A stretch of DNA of 64,000 bases from Rhynchobatus australiae (lineage: Eukaryota). How positions within the stretch are numbered: position 1 is the stretch's first letter; every line of letters starts with the position of its first letter. Shown piece by piece: positions 62,745 through 64,000 of this stretch. Made by a program: the position numbers and the translations under genes. The stretch is from NCBI GenBank assembly GCA_034780895.1, contig JAUZTB010000062.1, forward strand, positions 15,173,795 to 15,237,794, in the 5' to 3' direction. The notes under the pieces were generated by a model. That model did no database searches, had not been told where the DNA came from, and saw only the letters and a list, made by a program, of their open reading frames with translations.

Positions 62745-64000
62745 TTGTGCCCTCACTCTACTGTTGTGGCTCTGGACACAGCGCTCCAGCCCGAGGGTTT
62801 CACCGCCCACTACGTGGACCGGACAGAGGCTTCAGGTAAAGGCAGAGGCACCAGCATTTGCATCATGAGTAACTCTTTTGGGTGCACAGACATGGCGGTT
62901 CTATCTCAGTCCTGCTCCCCCAGCCTGGAACATCTGCAGTCAAGTGTCGTCCATTCTATCTGCTGAGGGAGTTCTCTGTCGTCATCCTGGGAGCGGTAAA
63001 CATTCCACCCCTGGCAAACGGTAAACTGGCGCTGGAGGAGCTGAGCACCGTGTTCAACAATCATGAGACAATGCATTCCGATGTCTTCCTGATCATCATG
63101 GGGGAACTTCAACCAGGCCGGTTTGAGGAAGTCTCTGACAAACTACCACCAACATGTCACCTGCTGAACCAGAGGAGCCAACACACTCAATCACTGTTAC
63201 ACCACCATAAAGAATGCTTACCATGCCCGCACTTTGGCAAGTCCGATCACCTGGCTGTACTTCTACTCCCGCCATATAGGCAGAGACTGAGGACCACAGC
63301 ACCAGTGGTGAGGACTGCGAAGGTATGGTCAAGGGAGATGGAGGAGTGTTTACAGGACTGCTTTGAATCGATGGACTGGACCATATTCAGGATTCATCTT
63401 TGGATCTGAATGAGAATGCCATGGCTGCCACTGACTTCATCAAGACCTGCGTGGATGAGTGTGTGTTCACTCGAGTTTTCCCAAACCAGAAGCCCTGGAT
63501 GAACCAGGAGATTCACAGTCTGCTGATGGTTAGATCTGTGGTGTTCAAGATCGGCGATCCAGAATCCTATGAGAAGTCCAGGTATGACCTACGGAAGGCC
63601 ATTGTGAGAGCAAAAAGGCGATTCCGTGTGAAATTAGAGACACAATCGAAGCACGACAGCTGCATCTGAGCTGCACAGCATCCAGTGACCCTGTGACCTC
63701 TCTCTAGGATGCTGACATCAGAACAGGGTGTCAACATCTCAGAGGATCTGTCCTGGATCCAATATATTGATGCAATCATGAGGAAGGCACGCTTGTGGTT
63801 CTAATTCATTAGGAGTTTGAGGAGATTTGGTATGTCACCAAAGATTCTTGCAAATTTCTAATAGATGGATGGTGGAGAGCATTCTGATTGGTTGCATCAC
63901 AGTCTGGTATGGAGGCTCCAATGCACAGGATCATAAGAGGCTACTGAGGGCTGTAGACTCAGCCAGCTCCATCACAAGCACAACCCTCCCCACCTTCAAG
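62745..64000 (+). mobile_element. Rex-Babar LINE, endonuclease region joined to the C-terminal region; runs off the window
   Basis: VKCRPFYLLREFSVVILGAVNIPP, HFGKSDHLAVLLLP, FPNQKPWMN, then GVNISEDLSW and ESILIGCITVWYG. Confidence 0.85.

Overview
Vertebrate genomic DNA from a gapped assembly. The repeat content (CR1, Rex-Babar, RTE, V-SINE, Deu-domain SINE, Penelope) points to a cartilaginous fish; that assignment is an inference. The only intact host gene is a compact five-exon Polycomb chromobox gene, CBX8 (+ strand, CDS 41970-43529, 377 aa). It sits in a roughly 18 kb AT-rich but CpG-retaining domain (about 34-52 kb), flanked by CpG-depleted DNA full of decayed transposons. Best leads: (1) a family of fold-back repeats derived from Penelope-like terminal repeats, whose reconstructed consensus is a minimal hammerhead ribozyme core, with a GIY-YIG relic attached to one copy; (2) a 179-bp inverted duplication straddling the CpG-domain edge, in which only the outer copy lost CpGs; (3) a 60-bp template-switch palindrome inside a CR1; (4) a second CCAAT/GC-box module just downstream of CBX8. 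I see no evidence of a new protein-coding system. TE family names come from recognising motifs, not from a database search, and TE boundaries are approximate.
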